Shown one piece after another: positions 9,191 through 19,026 of a DNA stretch of 64,000 bases; within the stretch, counting starts at the first letter, position 1, and each line of letters begins with the position of its first letter. The DNA is taken from contig JBDHKG010000001.1 of assembly GCA_039586495.1 (NCBI GenBank), forward strand, positions 19,355-83,354. Reading direction: 5' to 3'. The stretch is from Gemmatimonadota bacterium (GTDB lineage Bacteria; Gemmatimonadota; Gemmatimonadetes; Palauibacterales; KS3-K002). The translations under genes were made by a program, and so were the position numbers. Under the pieces are notes generated by a model. That model had not been told where the DNA came from, did not search any database, and saw only the letters and a program-made list of their open reading frames with translations.

Positions 9191-9312
9191 AGCCGGCCGA
9201 CCCGAAGAACCGGCCGCTCGACGTTCTGCCAAGCGAAACTCGTATCACCGGGGACACGTAGGCTTGATGGGCAGGGGCTCCCGTCGGTTTCGGCTGTGGA
9301 GAGGAGCTGAGA

Positions 9313-10275
9313 GTGTCCAGCGAACCGGTGATCCGGACACGCGGGCTCAGCAAGTCGTTCAAGAGCGTGCAGGCCCTGAAGTCACTCGACCTTGAGGTGC
9401 CTCGCAACTCGATCTTCGGCTTCCTGGGTCCCAATGGCGCGGGCAAGACGACGACGATCAAGCTGCTGCTCGGGCTGGTGCGTCCCAGCGCCGGCTCGGC
9501 CGAAGTGTTCGGGCACGACATCGTCGGCGACACGATCGACGTGCGGCGGCGGATCGGGTACCTGCCGCAGGAGCCTCGGTACTACGAGCACATGACGGCC
9601 CGCGAGATCCTGCGGTTCACAGCGCGGTTCTTCTACCAGGGCCCGCACCCCGCCGTTGAGGAGCGCGTCGGCGCGACCCTCGAGCTGGTCGGCCTGGCCG
9701 ACAAAGCCGACCGTCCGGTCAAGGGTTTCTCGGCGGGCGAGCGCCAGCGGCTGGGTATCGGCCAGGCCCAGGTGAACGACCCGGACCTGCTTATCCTCGA
9801 CGAGCCTGCTGCATCCCTCGATCCCATGGGCCGACGCGATGTGCTGGCGATCATGGAGCGGCTGCGCGAGCGGGCCACGGTCTTCTACTCGACGCACATC
9901 CTGGACGACGTGCAGCGGGTGAGCGACACGGTCGCCATCCTCAATCGCGGAGAGCTGATCGCCACGGCGCCTATCGAGGAGCTGCTGGCCGGACGCGACG
10001 GGATCGTCTACACGATCCAGGTCAGGGGCGACGATATCGAGGCGGAGAGGCGCGTGGCGAGCCAGCCGTGGGTCGCGGAGGTGCGAGCGACAGCTGAGGG
10101 CGACGCCGCCATCTGGAACGTACGCGTCAGCGATGCCGCTGCCGCCGAGTCGCAGCTGCTTCGGCTGATGCTTGCCGATGAGCAGATCGCGGTCACCGAG
10201 TTCCGACGCAAGACGTACGAGCTGGAGGAAGTGTTCATGAGCCTGGTCGAGGAGAACGGCGATGGCGACGGTTAG
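9313..10275 (+). CDS. ABC transporter ATP-binding protein (ABC-2 type)
   Basis: GTG start after a GGAGAGGAG RBS. Walker A GPNGAGKTT, signature LSGGERQRL-like (FSAGERQRL), Walker B LLILDEP, H-loop. Confidence 0.85.
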   Translation: MSSEPVIRTRGLSKSFKSVQALKSLDLEVPRNSIFGFLGPNGAGKTTTIKLLLGLVRPSAGSAEVFGHDIVGDTIDVRRRIGYLPQEPRYYEHMTAREILRFTARFFYQGPHPAVEERVGATLELVGLADKADRPVKGFSAGERQRLGIGQAQVNDPDLLILDEPAASLDPMGRRDVLAIMERLRERATVFYSTHILDDVQRVSDTVAILNRGELIATAPIEELLAGRDGIVYTIQVRGDDIEAERRVASQPWVAEVRATAEGDAAIWNVRVSDAAAAESQLLRLMLADEQIAVTEFRRKTYELEEVFMSLVEENGDGDG

Positions 10276-11050
10276 CGTTCCGCTCGAGCCGACCAGGGGG
10301 CGCGGCTGGCTCACCGGCTTCGGCAACATGTTGGACAAGGAGTACGGGTCCTGGTGGCGGACCCGGCGCGCGCTCGTGCACCTGTTCCTCTGGCTGCTCG
10401 TGATCAACGGTTTCCTGGTCCTCGTCGGTCTCGATGAGGGTCGACGCGGTCCTTACGCTGCCCTGAATGAACTGATCGAGGTCTTCTTCCAGGTGGGCGG
10501 GCTGTGGGCCAACATCGGCATCATCCTCGCCACCCAGAGCTCCCTGCTGGGTGAGCGCCAGCTCGGTACGGCGGAATGGGTCCTCTCCAAGCCGGTGACG
10601 CGCGAGGCGTTCGTCCTCTCCAAGCTGCTCGTCAACGGGGCTACGTTCGTCGTGCTGGCGGTCGTGGTCCCGAGCATCGTGTTCTTCTCGCAGACCCTGC
10701 TGCACGCGTACCTGCAGCCGAGCCTGGGACCGTTCGTGGGGGGCCTGGTCCTGCATGTGGAGTATCTGCTCTTCTACCTGGCGCTCACCTTGGCCCTGGG
10801 AACCTTCCTGCGCACGCGGGGAGCGGTATCGGGGACGGCGATCGGGCTCGCGATCGGCGGGCTCATCTTGCTGAGCCCCTTCCCCTGGCTGGGGAGCTGG
10901 ACTCCGTTTGCGTTGCCTTCTTTCGCGTCGATGGTGGCGACCGGGCAGCCGTTGCCGGAAGGCGCGTGGCAGCCGATCCTCGTCACCCTCCTCTGGAGCC
11001 TGCTGTTCGTGCTGCTTGCCCTCTGGCGCTTTGCCCGCGAGGAGTTCTGA
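10262..11050 (+). CDS. ABC-2 family transporter permease (6 TM)
   Basis: Overlaps the ATPase stop by 14 nt (translational coupling). 262 aa, six hydrophobic helices. Confidence 0.7.
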   Translation: MATVSVPLEPTRGRGWLTGFGNMLDKEYGSWWRTRRALVHLFLWLLVINGFLVLVGLDEGRRGPYAALNELIEVFFQVGGLWANIGIILATQSSLLGERQLGTAEWVLSKPVTREAFVLSKLLVNGATFVVLAVVVPSIVFFSQTLLHAYLQPSLGPFVGGLVLHVEYLLFYLALTLALGTFLRTRGAVSGTAIGLAIGGLILLSPFPWLGSWTPFALPSFASMVATGQPLPEGAWQPILVTLLWSLLFVLLALWRFAREEF

Positions 11051-11171
11051 GGCGGCTGCACAGCCGCGCTGAGGGGTCTGCAGGAGGAGCCTAGCCGTCG
11101 GCGCGGACAGGTGTAGTTTGTCGGATTGTCAACCTCACAATTGAGTCGGGGCATCTGCGAGGAGGGAAGCC

Positions 11172-13913
11172 ATGAATCGCGCATTCCCCCTGACTGTCAC
11201 GGCCGCGCGCAGCGGCGTGCGGCTCGGGCTCGCTCTTCTGGCTTCGGGCGCGCCGCTCTTCCTCGGAGCGCAGCGCCCGGCGCTCGCCCAGGAGGGGACC
11301 GTCAGCGGTCGGGTGATCGACGCCGAGGCCGGTGAGCCGCTTCCCGGCGTCGTGGTCGATCTGGTCACGGGCGGCGGGCGCACGGTCGCGTCGGCGACCA
11401 CGGGCGATAACGGGGAGTTCCGGTTCGCCAACCTCGGGCAGGGGCGCTACTCGCTGCTGTTCTCCAGCCTGGGGTACGAGACCAAGCGGCTGGACGGGAT
11501 CGGCGTTGGCGAAGTGGCCATCTCGGTGGGCACCGTCGAGCTCGTCTCGATCGCGTTCCGCTTGAATCCGGTCGTGGTCACGGTCTCGCGCGAGCAGGAG
11601 AAGGCGCTTGAGTCGCCGGCCTCCGTCTACACCGTCGACCGCGAGGCGATCGAGGAGCGGCCATCCACCACCTCGGTCGACCACGTGCTCGGGCTGCCCG
11701 GCGCGGATGTCTTCACCTCCGGGCTCGCGCAGCACAACGTCGCGGCCCGCGGCTTCAACAACGTGTTCAACGCCGCCCTGTTCGTGTTGACGGACAACCG
11801 CTGGGCATCGGTGCCCTCGCTGAGGGTGAACGCGTACAACCTGATCCCGGCCACCAACGAGGACATCGATCGTGTCGAGTTCGTGCTCGGCCCCGGCTCC
11901 GCACTCTACGGCCCCAATGTCGACAAGGGCGTGCTGCATATCATCACGCGCTCGCCCCTCGACCATCAGGAGACGGCGGTGAGCATGACGGGAGGTGAGC
12001 GGGAGATCTTCCAGGGCTCTTTCCGCCACGCGGGTCTGCTCGGCGAGAACGTGGGCTACAAGCTGTCGGGCCTCTATTTCCGGGGGGCCGACTGGAAGTA
12101 CGACGATGAGGCGGAGATCATCGCGCGTGACTTCGATCAGGAGCGCTTCCAGGGAGACGTGCGCTTCGACATCCGGCTCGACGATCAGAGCACACTCGTC
12201 TTCAACGGCGGTGCCTCCAGGTTGGCCAGCTCGATCGAGATGACCCAGATCGGCGCGGCACAGGCGGACGGCTGGATGTACTCCTACCTGCAGGGTCGCT
12301 TCCGGCGCGGCAGCCTGTTCGCGCAAGCGTACATCAACCTGAGTGACGCGGGCGACACGTACACGTTGAGGGACGGCGATAGGATCACCGACAACTCGCT
12401 CCTCTATGCCGGCCAGATCCAGCACGGCCTGAGCCTGGGCGAACGGCAGCGGTTTATCTACGGCGCGGGTCTGATCCGCACGGTGCCGCGGACCGACGGT
12501 GAGATCATGGGGCGAAACGAGGAGGATGACGATGTGACAGAGCTCGGCGGCTACGTGCAATCGGAGACGGCGCTCTCGCCGCGCTTCGACCTGGTGCTGG
12601 CCGGCCGGCTGGATTACCACAGCGGCATCGAAGATCTACTCCTGTCGCCGCGTGCCGCCATCGTCTTCAAGCCGGCGCCGGAACACAACTTCCGCCTGAC
12701 GTACAACCGGGCGTTCAGCCAGCCGGAGACCAACATGCTGTCGCTGGACAGGCTCTCGCTGACTGACCTGGACGGCCTGCCGTTTCCGGTGCGGGCGCGC
12801 GGCGCACCGGAAAAGGGCTTCACCTTCCGGCGCAACTGCGTCAACTCGCTCGGCCAAGAAGGGCTTTGCATGCGCTCGCCGTTCACCTCGGACCTTCTGG
12901 GACAGCCGGACACGACATCGCTGGCGCTGGATGCGACGCTGCTGTGGGCTGCCATGGTCGGGATTATCGCCGCTGAGGACCCGGAGATCGGCGAGCTGCT
13001 CGCCCAGATGGCGCCGCCGGATGCGAGCCAGGTGGGTACGGAGATGCGGCTTCTCAACCCGACGACGGAGAGGTTCGATCCGGTCAGCGACGTGGCGGAC
13101 ATCGAGCGAATGAAGTCGTCGATCACCAACAGCATCGAGGTGGGCTACAAGGGCCTGATCGGCGAGCGGCTATTGCTGGGCGTGGACGTCTACTATTCGA
13201 GGATAGAGGACTTCATGGGGCCGTTGCTGGTGGAGACGCCGAACGTCTTCATGGAGCGGAACTCGCTGCGCGACTACCTGCTCGCCGAAGCCGCGAGGCT
13301 GGGCCTGCCGCTCGACCAGGTGGAGGCCGTCGTCCTGGCGTCGGTGATGAGCGGCATCCCGGTGGCCACGGTGACACCGGATCCAATCGGCGAGAGCGAC
13401 GCGGCGGACATCCTGCTCTCGTATCGCAACTTCCCCAGCTTCGAGATCTGGGGTGCCGACCTCGGCGCGACGTTCCTGCTCGGCAGCAGTCTGAGCTTCT
13501 CGGGTAGCTACTCGTTCGTGAGCGAGAACTTCTTCGGCGCCGACGAGCTCGGCGGCATCTCGGACCTGGCGCTGAACTCGCCGAGGAACAAGGCGAGCCT
13601 CAGCGCGCGCTACAGCAGCGAGCGCCGCGGCTTGAGCGCCGAGCTGCGCGGCCGCTGGGTGGAGGGCTTCCCGGTGGCTTCCGGCGTCTACGTTGGCCGG
13701 GTGAAGAGCTATACGCTGGTCGATGCGCAAGTGTCGTACGCGCTGCCGATCTCGCGCTCGACTGAGATCACCTTGAGTGCGCTCAACCTGCTCACTTTCG
13801 CCGAGGACACGGAGGGCGAGAGGGTGAGCATCTTCAACGGCCGCCACCGGGAGATGGTGGGCGCGCCCGGACTCGGACGGTTGCTGCTGCTGCGGGTGCG
13901 GCAGTCCTTCTGA
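11172..13913 (+). CDS. TonB-dependent outer membrane receptor with N-terminal carboxypeptidase-regulatory-like domain
   Basis: Signal peptide. GTVSGRVIDAEAGEPLPGVVVDL...GEFRF is a CarbopepD_reg-like motif, followed by a plug (ESPASVYTVDREAIEERP) and a long beta-barrel ending in ...RVRQSF with an aromatic C-terminus. Confidence 0.85.
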   Translation: MNRAFPLTVTAARSGVRLGLALLASGAPLFLGAQRPALAQEGTVSGRVIDAEAGEPLPGVVVDLVTGGGRTVASATTGDNGEFRFANLGQGRYSLLFSSLGYETKRLDGIGVGEVAISVGTVELVSIAFRLNPVVVTVSREQEKALESPASVYTVDREAIEERPSTTSVDHVLGLPGADVFTSGLAQHNVAARGFNNVFNAALFVLTDNRWASVPSLRVNAYNLIPATNEDIDRVEFVLGPGSALYGPNVDKGVLHIITRSPLDHQETAVSMTGGEREIFQGSFRHAGLLGENVGYKLSGLYFRGADWKYDDEAEIIARDFDQERFQGDVRFDIRLDDQSTLVFNGGASRLASSIEMTQIGAAQADGWMYSYLQGRFRRGSLFAQAYINLSDAGDTYTLRDGDRITDNSLLYAGQIQHGLSLGERQRFIYGAGLIRTVPRTDGEIMGRNEEDDDVTELGGYVQSETALSPRFDLVLAGRLDYHSGIEDLLLSPRAAIVFKPAPEHNFRLTYNRAFSQPETNMLSLDRLSLTDLDGLPFPVRARGAPEKGFTFRRNCVNSLGQEGLCMRSPFTSDLLGQPDTTSLALDATLLWAAMVGIIAAEDPEIGELLAQMAPPDASQVGTEMRLLNPTTERFDPVSDVADIERMKSSITNSIEVGYKGLIGERLLLGVDVYYSRIEDFMGPLLVETPNVFMERNSLRDYLLAEAARLGLPLDQVEAVVLASVMSGIPVATVTPDPIGESDAADILLSYRNFPSFEIWGADLGATFLLGSSLSFSGSYSFVSENFFGADELGGISDLALNSPRNKASLSARYSSERRGLSAELRGRWVEGFPVASGVYVGRVKSYTLVDAQVSYALPISRSTEITLSALNLLTFAEDTEGERVSIFNGRHREMVGAPGLGRLLLLRVRQSF

Positions 13914-14158
13914 GCGCCGGCGCGGCATGGACGCGCCCTATCCGCCGGAGGAGCGAGCTGGTCCCCTCCACCGACCGTGACTTCAGTCGCTTCTCCGGCT
14001 TGCGGCGGCGGCCACCGGCAGCGGACCCGCCTGCATAGGCGCGGGGCGCAGTACATACCAGTGCATTCGTGCTCAGGCGGCTGAGGTTCCGTTTGCAGGT
14101 CGCTGCTTGTACGGCAGCCAGCGTTAGTCTCACGCGCAGGCGAGGAGAGATGTGCACC

Positions 14159-16318
14159 ATGTCTCGGCGGAGTGTCCTCATCGCGTTGCTGGGCCTGGCG
14201 GTACCTGTCGGAGCCTCTGGTCTTCAGCCGGGCGTTGATCAGAAGCCCGAGGAGAGGCTCACGCTCATTGGCCGCGCACGGGTCTCGGCGGTCTACGACA
14301 TCGACGTGTCTTATTCGTACGCTTACGCGCTCGAACGCGGTGTGCTGCACGTGCTCGATGTGCAGGATCCGAGCGCGGTGCACGAGGTCGGCGTGCTGGA
14401 GTTCGAGCCGGCGCGTGCGCGGGCAGCACTGCGCCACCCGTACCTCTACCTCACGGGCTTCGGCGAGCCGATGGGCGTGGTGGACGTGTCGGATCCGGCA
14501 CAGCCCCGTTGGGTCGGTGAGTGGCCGGAACTGACCGGCACCTGGAGCGACGTGTTCGAGGTCGCAGACGGCGTCGGCTATCTGGTCAAGCAGGCGGAGG
14601 ATCGGCCGGAGGGGCAGCGCTCGCTGCAACTGGAAGTCCTGGATCTCGAGAGTGACCCGGCACATCCCAGGCGGCTCGGACTCGTGGATCTCGGCGTTCG
14701 GTTTGGAGGAGAGTACGGAGGAATCGCCCAAGCCGATGGACGCGTCTACCTGGTCGTCGAGCGCCCGATCGATGAGCCGACGCCTGATGCGCCGACGCGC
14801 AGTCGCCTCATCGTCGTCGATGTGCGTGAGCCCGCGGAGCCGCGCCTCCTGCACAACTTGCAGCTTCCACCCGACCGGTTGTTGAAGGACGTCGAGGTCC
14901 GCGGCGATCTGCTGTATATGCCGGTCTCGTGGCCGACGCACGGCCTCGCGGTCTTCCGGTTGAGCCAAGGTGGCGATCTGGAGCCGGTGGGTGAGGTCAC
15001 GGACGCTCGTCTGTGGCGCCCGATCGACCTGATCGTGCGCGGCCCGGCAGTCTACGTCACGTTCAAGGGCGACGTCGATCTGGTGACGTTCGATGTCTCT
15101 GACCCGACCGCGCCGAATATCAGCGGCACCCACACCACACCGGATCTCTGGGCGGCCGGCCTCGGGATGAGCCTGGTCGAGGACCGGCTATACGTGGCGG
15201 GCGACGGTGGGCCGACACCGATCCTCGATGTGTCGGAGCCGCTATCGCCGCGCCTGCTGGGGTACTGGCCCTTCAAGGGTGGCATGGTCAGAGGGATCGT
15301 GCGGGTGGGCAATCTGGCGCTCGTGGCCAACGCGGGTGGCGGTACCTTCGTCTACGACGTGTCCGACCCGAGCGCTCCGCGCAGGCTGGCCCGGCGGACG
15401 GCTGCCACGGTTCTCGGGATCGGGGACTGGCAGTGGAACGTCGTGCTCGCTGCGCACGGTTCTCGGGCGGTCGTGGCCTACGAGACGATCCTGGCCGAGC
15501 TACTGGATCTGAGCGAGCCGACGACGCCCCGCGTCCTCGGGTGGCACCGCCCGCGCGGTCTGGTGCATGCCATCGCGGTGACCGAGACACACGCGTTCCT
15601 CGGCTACCGCAGCGTCGCGACGGGGCGGATGCCTGACGTTCACGATCCGACTTCCGTCACGGAAGGGGGCGGCCTCGAGATCGTAGACATCCGGACTCCG
15701 CGTAAGCCCCAGCGTACGGCGGCGCTGGACCTGGGCGGGCCGGTGACCGACGTGTCGGTGGCCCGCGGGTATGTCATCGCCGCGCTGGCCGATGGGGGGC
15801 TGGCGGTCGTCGACCCGGGCGATCCGGACGAGCCCACCGTCCTGGCGCGCCTGGAAGGGGAGGGAGAAGTCGAGGCACTTCCGCTGCGCACCACCCGCAT
15901 CGCCACCGCGCCGGACGGCGCCCGGGCCTACGTCGCACATCGAGACCTGTCACCGAGGGGAGAGGGCTTCGCTCAGACGGGCACTCTCTCTGTCGTCGAC
16001 CTGCGCGATGCGACGGCGCCGCGGCGGCTGGGCCAGCTTGCTCTCGCGCACCGGAATGAGCGAGAGTACGACATCGCGGTGCGGGGCGATCAGGTGGTGC
16101 TGTTCGCCGGTGCGGTCCTGATCGTGGATGTGAGCGACCCGGCGTCGCCTACAGTGATGCTTCACGAGATGCCCGCTCCGGTGCGGACGTGGTGGGAGCG
16201 TACGTTCCTCGATGTGGATGACCAGCATCTCTACCTGGGCGCCGACGAGGACGGGGTGTGGATCTATCGTCTGCCGGACGCGCCGGCGGCTCGCGACCGG
16301 CACTCAGAGCGCGGGTGA
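14159..16318 (+). CDS. LVIVD-repeat beta-propeller surface protein
   Basis: Repeated L(H/I/Y)V(L/V)DVxDPxxP motifs ~60-70 aa apart (LHVLDVQDPSAV, LIVVDVREPAEP, TFDVSDPTAPN, ILDVSEPLSP, VYDVSDPSAP, IVDVSDPASP). Signal peptide after Met 14159 (RBS AGGAGAGA). Confidence 0.75.
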   Translation: MSRRSVLIALLGLAVPVGASGLQPGVDQKPEERLTLIGRARVSAVYDIDVSYSYAYALERGVLHVLDVQDPSAVHEVGVLEFEPARARAALRHPYLYLTGFGEPMGVVDVSDPAQPRWVGEWPELTGTWSDVFEVADGVGYLVKQAEDRPEGQRSLQLEVLDLESDPAHPRRLGLVDLGVRFGGEYGGIAQADGRVYLVVERPIDEPTPDAPTRSRLIVVDVREPAEPRLLHNLQLPPDRLLKDVEVRGDLLYMPVSWPTHGLAVFRLSQGGDLEPVGEVTDARLWRPIDLIVRGPAVYVTFKGDVDLVTFDVSDPTAPNISGTHTTPDLWAAGLGMSLVEDRLYVAGDGGPTPILDVSEPLSPRLLGYWPFKGGMVRGIVRVGNLALVANAGGGTFVYDVSDPSAPRRLARRTAATVLGIGDWQWNVVLAAHGSRAVVAYETILAELLDLSEPTTPRVLGWHRPRGLVHAIAVTETHAFLGYRSVATGRMPDVHDPTSVTEGGGLEIVDIRTPRKPQRTAALDLGGPVTDVSVARGYVIAALADGGLAVVDPGDPDEPTVLARLEGEGEVEALPLRTTRIATAPDGARAYVAHRDLSPRGEGFAQTGTLSVVDLRDATAPRRLGQLALAHRNEREYDIAVRGDQVVLFAGAVLIVDVSDPASPTVMLHEMPAPVRTWWERTFLDVDDQHLYLGADEDGVWIYRLPDAPAARDRHSERG

Positions 16319-17232
16319 TTTCGACCGACGCGGTTTCCGAGACGCCCAGGCCGCCTCCGCGGAGCGGCACCGTCTTCCTGATCCTGTTGGGGCTCTACCT
16401 GCTGGGGAAGCTGGGCTCTGTTCCTCTCCTGCTCGACACGGTACCGACAAGCCGCTGGCTGCCGATCGTGCCGCTGGGGATCCTGCTCAGCGTGCTGGTC
16501 ATCGCGGCAGGGCAGTACTTGAGCGCGCGAACCGGGTTGGGGCTGCCGTACGTGGAGGGCTGGCTTTCGGGGAAGCCGCCGTGGGAGAGGCTTCCTCGGG
16601 TACTCAGCCTGTCGGTGATCATCGCGGTGCTCGCCAGCCTAGCGGCGCTCGGCCTGTCGCTCCTCGCCTGGAGGCTGAACCTCGGTGTCGAGGGTGTCCG
16701 GCCGCGCATCGACGAGCTGGCGGCGTCGTATTCGGCGTCGTGGAAGTATCTCTTGGCTTCGGTCGATGCCGGGATCTCCGAGGAGATCTTCTATCGCTAG
16801 TTCCTGGTGTCGCTGATCGCGTGGCTCGGCAGCCGCGTGCGTGGGAGGGGACAGCCCGGTCGGGCGGCAATGTGGATCGCCGTGCTCGTGTCGGGGCTCA
16901 TCTTCGGCTGGGCGCACATCGACGACCGGCTGGGGCAGGCCGACTCGCTGCTCACGCTGGTCACCATCATGGCCTTCAGCGGCGGCCTCGGGATCGTGGT
17001 GGGGTGGCTGTACTGGCGCTACGGTTTGGAGACCGCCACGCTCACGCACTTCCTCACCGACGCGCTCTACTACGTGATCGTGCTGCCGGCGCTCTTCTAC
17101 GGCAGCACCCGGCTGGTCCTGGGTGTTCTGGCGGGTATGCTGCTGGTGCTGGCCCTCGCCTGTGCTGCCTTCGTGCGGAGCAGGACCGCCGTCGCGGCCG
17201 CGGCGACCGCCTCAGCGTGGCCCTCCGGCTGA
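16315..17232 (+). pseudogene. CPBP (CAAX protease / Abi) family intramembrane metalloprotease interrupted by in-frame TAG at 16798-16800
   Basis: GTG 16315 overlaps the LVIVD stop (GTGA). Motif 1 EEIFYR is followed immediately by TAG. Motif 2 FGWAH and motif 3 HFLTDALYY continue in the same frame in ORF 16807..17232. One protein is split by a single amber codon. Confidence 0.65.
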
Positions 17233-17241
17233 CACATGCGC

Positions 17242-19014
17242 CTACGGCGCCTCGAATCCGATCTTCTTCAGAAAGCTCTGAAAGCGCGGATCCGATCGCA
17301 TCTCCTCGTACTCGGGCGCCGCGTTGACCCAGGGCAGGTACGGTTCCCGCTCCTCGTACGCCTGCTCGAGCACTGCCAGAGTCTCTTCCAGCTGGCCGAG
17401 GCTCGCGAGGTACTCGGCGCAGGCAACCAGGCCGTAGACCCGGGTATCTGTCAACGCTTCGACCGCTGCCGGTACTCTCGTTGAATCGGCGAGCGCGGCG
17501 AGATAGGCGCGGTAGACCTCGGGGTCGCTGCGGTGGACCGCCGCCAGCCGGTCGAAGCTCGCAGCGGCGCTCTCGTAATCGCCCTTCGCAGTGTACGTGA
17601 AGGCCAGCTGGCGGAGCGCCTGGAGGATATCCGGCGCTTGCTCCAGGGCCGTTCGAAAGTGTGCGACCGCGCCGTCGAGCTGACCGGTGTACCGCAGCGT
17701 CACGCCGTAGACAAGGGCGGGGGCGGGAGCCAGTGGATCGAGCTCGTAGGCCGTCCGCGCCCGCGCGAGCGCTTCGTCCCACCTGCGCAAGACACATAGG
17801 AGCTCGGCGTACCACTGGTGAGCGGTCGCGTAATCCGGATCCAGCTCGATCGCCTTCAGGTAGTCCCGCTCGGCGCCAACCCGGTCCCACTCGAATACGT
17901 TCTTCAGGTATCCGGACGCGACGTAGGCCTCGGCCAGGTCGGGGTCGAGGGCGAGCGCTCGCTCGGCCGCGGCCTTCGCGTACGGCAGGGCCTGCGGGAT
18001 CGAGAGGCCGCCGTACTCGGGCAGCAGCACGAAGCTCTCGGCCAGCGCTGCGTAGGCGCGGGCGTACTCGGGGTCGAGCAGCACCGCTCGATTGAAGTAC
18101 TGGATGGCCGAGTCGAAGGCGGCTAGGGAGCGCCGGTTCCAGAAATGCCGTCCACGCAGGTAGTCGTTGTAGGCGTCAACGTTGCGCGTGGGTGAGCGAG
18201 TAAGGTCGGCGTCCACATCGGTGGTCAGCCTTACCTCCAACGCATCGACGATGGCGCGTGAGATCTCGGTCTGGATGACGAGTATGTCGGTCAGGTCCCG
18301 GTCGTAGCTGTCCGACCACAGGTGGAAGCCGTCGGAGACGTTGATCAGCTGCGCCGCGACGCGCACCCGGTCGCCCGACTTGCGGACGCTGCCTTCCAGT
18401 ACGGTCGCGACGTTCAACGCCGCGCCGATCTCGCTCACGCTCACGCTTCGGCCCTTGAAGGCGAAGGCCGAAGTCCGCGCCGCCACCTTCAAGTCCGGCA
18501 CCCGGCTGAGCACGCTCGAGAGCTCCTCGGCCAGGCCGTCGCCGAAGTACTCGTTCGCCGGATCCTCGCTCAGGTTGATGAACGGGAGGACGGCGATCGA
18601 TGCGGCGGCGCCCGTGGCCGCGGGCGCGCGACCGGGCTCGCCCGGCTTGAGCAGCCAGCCGGCGGCGATCCCGATGGCGAGCATGGCGATCACGGTGAGC
18701 ACGGTGGGCAGCGACAGCCAGGTGGTGTGCGCCGCCTGGCGACTCGCGTCCAGCGCAAGCTCGTCGGTGCGCTTGATCCCGCTGGGCGTGATGTCGAAGG
18801 CCCAGGCGAAGACCAGCGCGACCGGGAAGCCGAGCAGGGTGAGGACGACGACGAGCGTGAGCGTCCAGTCGGGAAGCGCGAGGGCGGGGAAGGCGATCTC
18901 CGCGGCCTGCCAGATGACGAAGGCGACGGCCGCGTACACCACCGCGACGCGGAACACACGACGCCGCTTCAGCTCAGCGAGCAGGCCCAGGCGATTCGGT
19001 CGCGGCTGACTCAT
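17242..19014 (-). CDS. membrane-anchored TPR-repeat protein with TolB-N-like periplasmic domain
   Basis: N-terminus LLAELKRRRVFRVAVVYAAVAFVIWQ plus a second TM. IAVLPFINLSEDP...FGDGLAEEL is a TolB_N-like motif. The C-terminal half is TPR-like (LDPEYARAY..., LDPDYATAHQWYA...). Confidence 0.65.
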   Translation of the reverse strand: MSQPRPNRLGLLAELKRRRVFRVAVVYAAVAFVIWQAAEIAFPALALPDWTLTLVVVLTLLGFPVALVFAWAFDITPSGIKRTDELALDASRQAAHTTWLSLPTVLTVIAMLAIGIAAGWLLKPGEPGRAPAATGAAASIAVLPFINLSEDPANEYFGDGLAEELSSVLSRVPDLKVAARTSAFAFKGRSVSVSEIGAALNVATVLEGSVRKSGDRVRVAAQLINVSDGFHLWSDSYDRDLTDILVIQTEISRAIVDALEVRLTTDVDADLTRSPTRNVDAYNDYLRGRHFWNRRSLAAFDSAIQYFNRAVLLDPEYARAYAALAESFVLLPEYGGLSIPQALPYAKAAAERALALDPDLAEAYVASGYLKNVFEWDRVGAERDYLKAIELDPDYATAHQWYAELLCVLRRWDEALARARTAYELDPLAPAPALVYGVTLRYTGQLDGAVAHFRTALEQAPDILQALRQLAFTYTAKGDYESAAASFDRLAAVHRSDPEVYRAYLAALADSTRVPAAVEALTDTRVYGLVACAEYLASLGQLEETLAVLEQAYEEREPYLPWVNAAPEYEEMRSDPRFQSFLKKIGFEAP

Positions 19015-19026
19015 GTGCTCCGAGCC

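Noticed and set aside
16212-17327. 371-aa ORF in an alternative frame over the CPBP gene
   Set aside because: It overlaps the motif-bearing CPBP frame and gives an Arg/Gly/Ala-rich, low-complexity translation.
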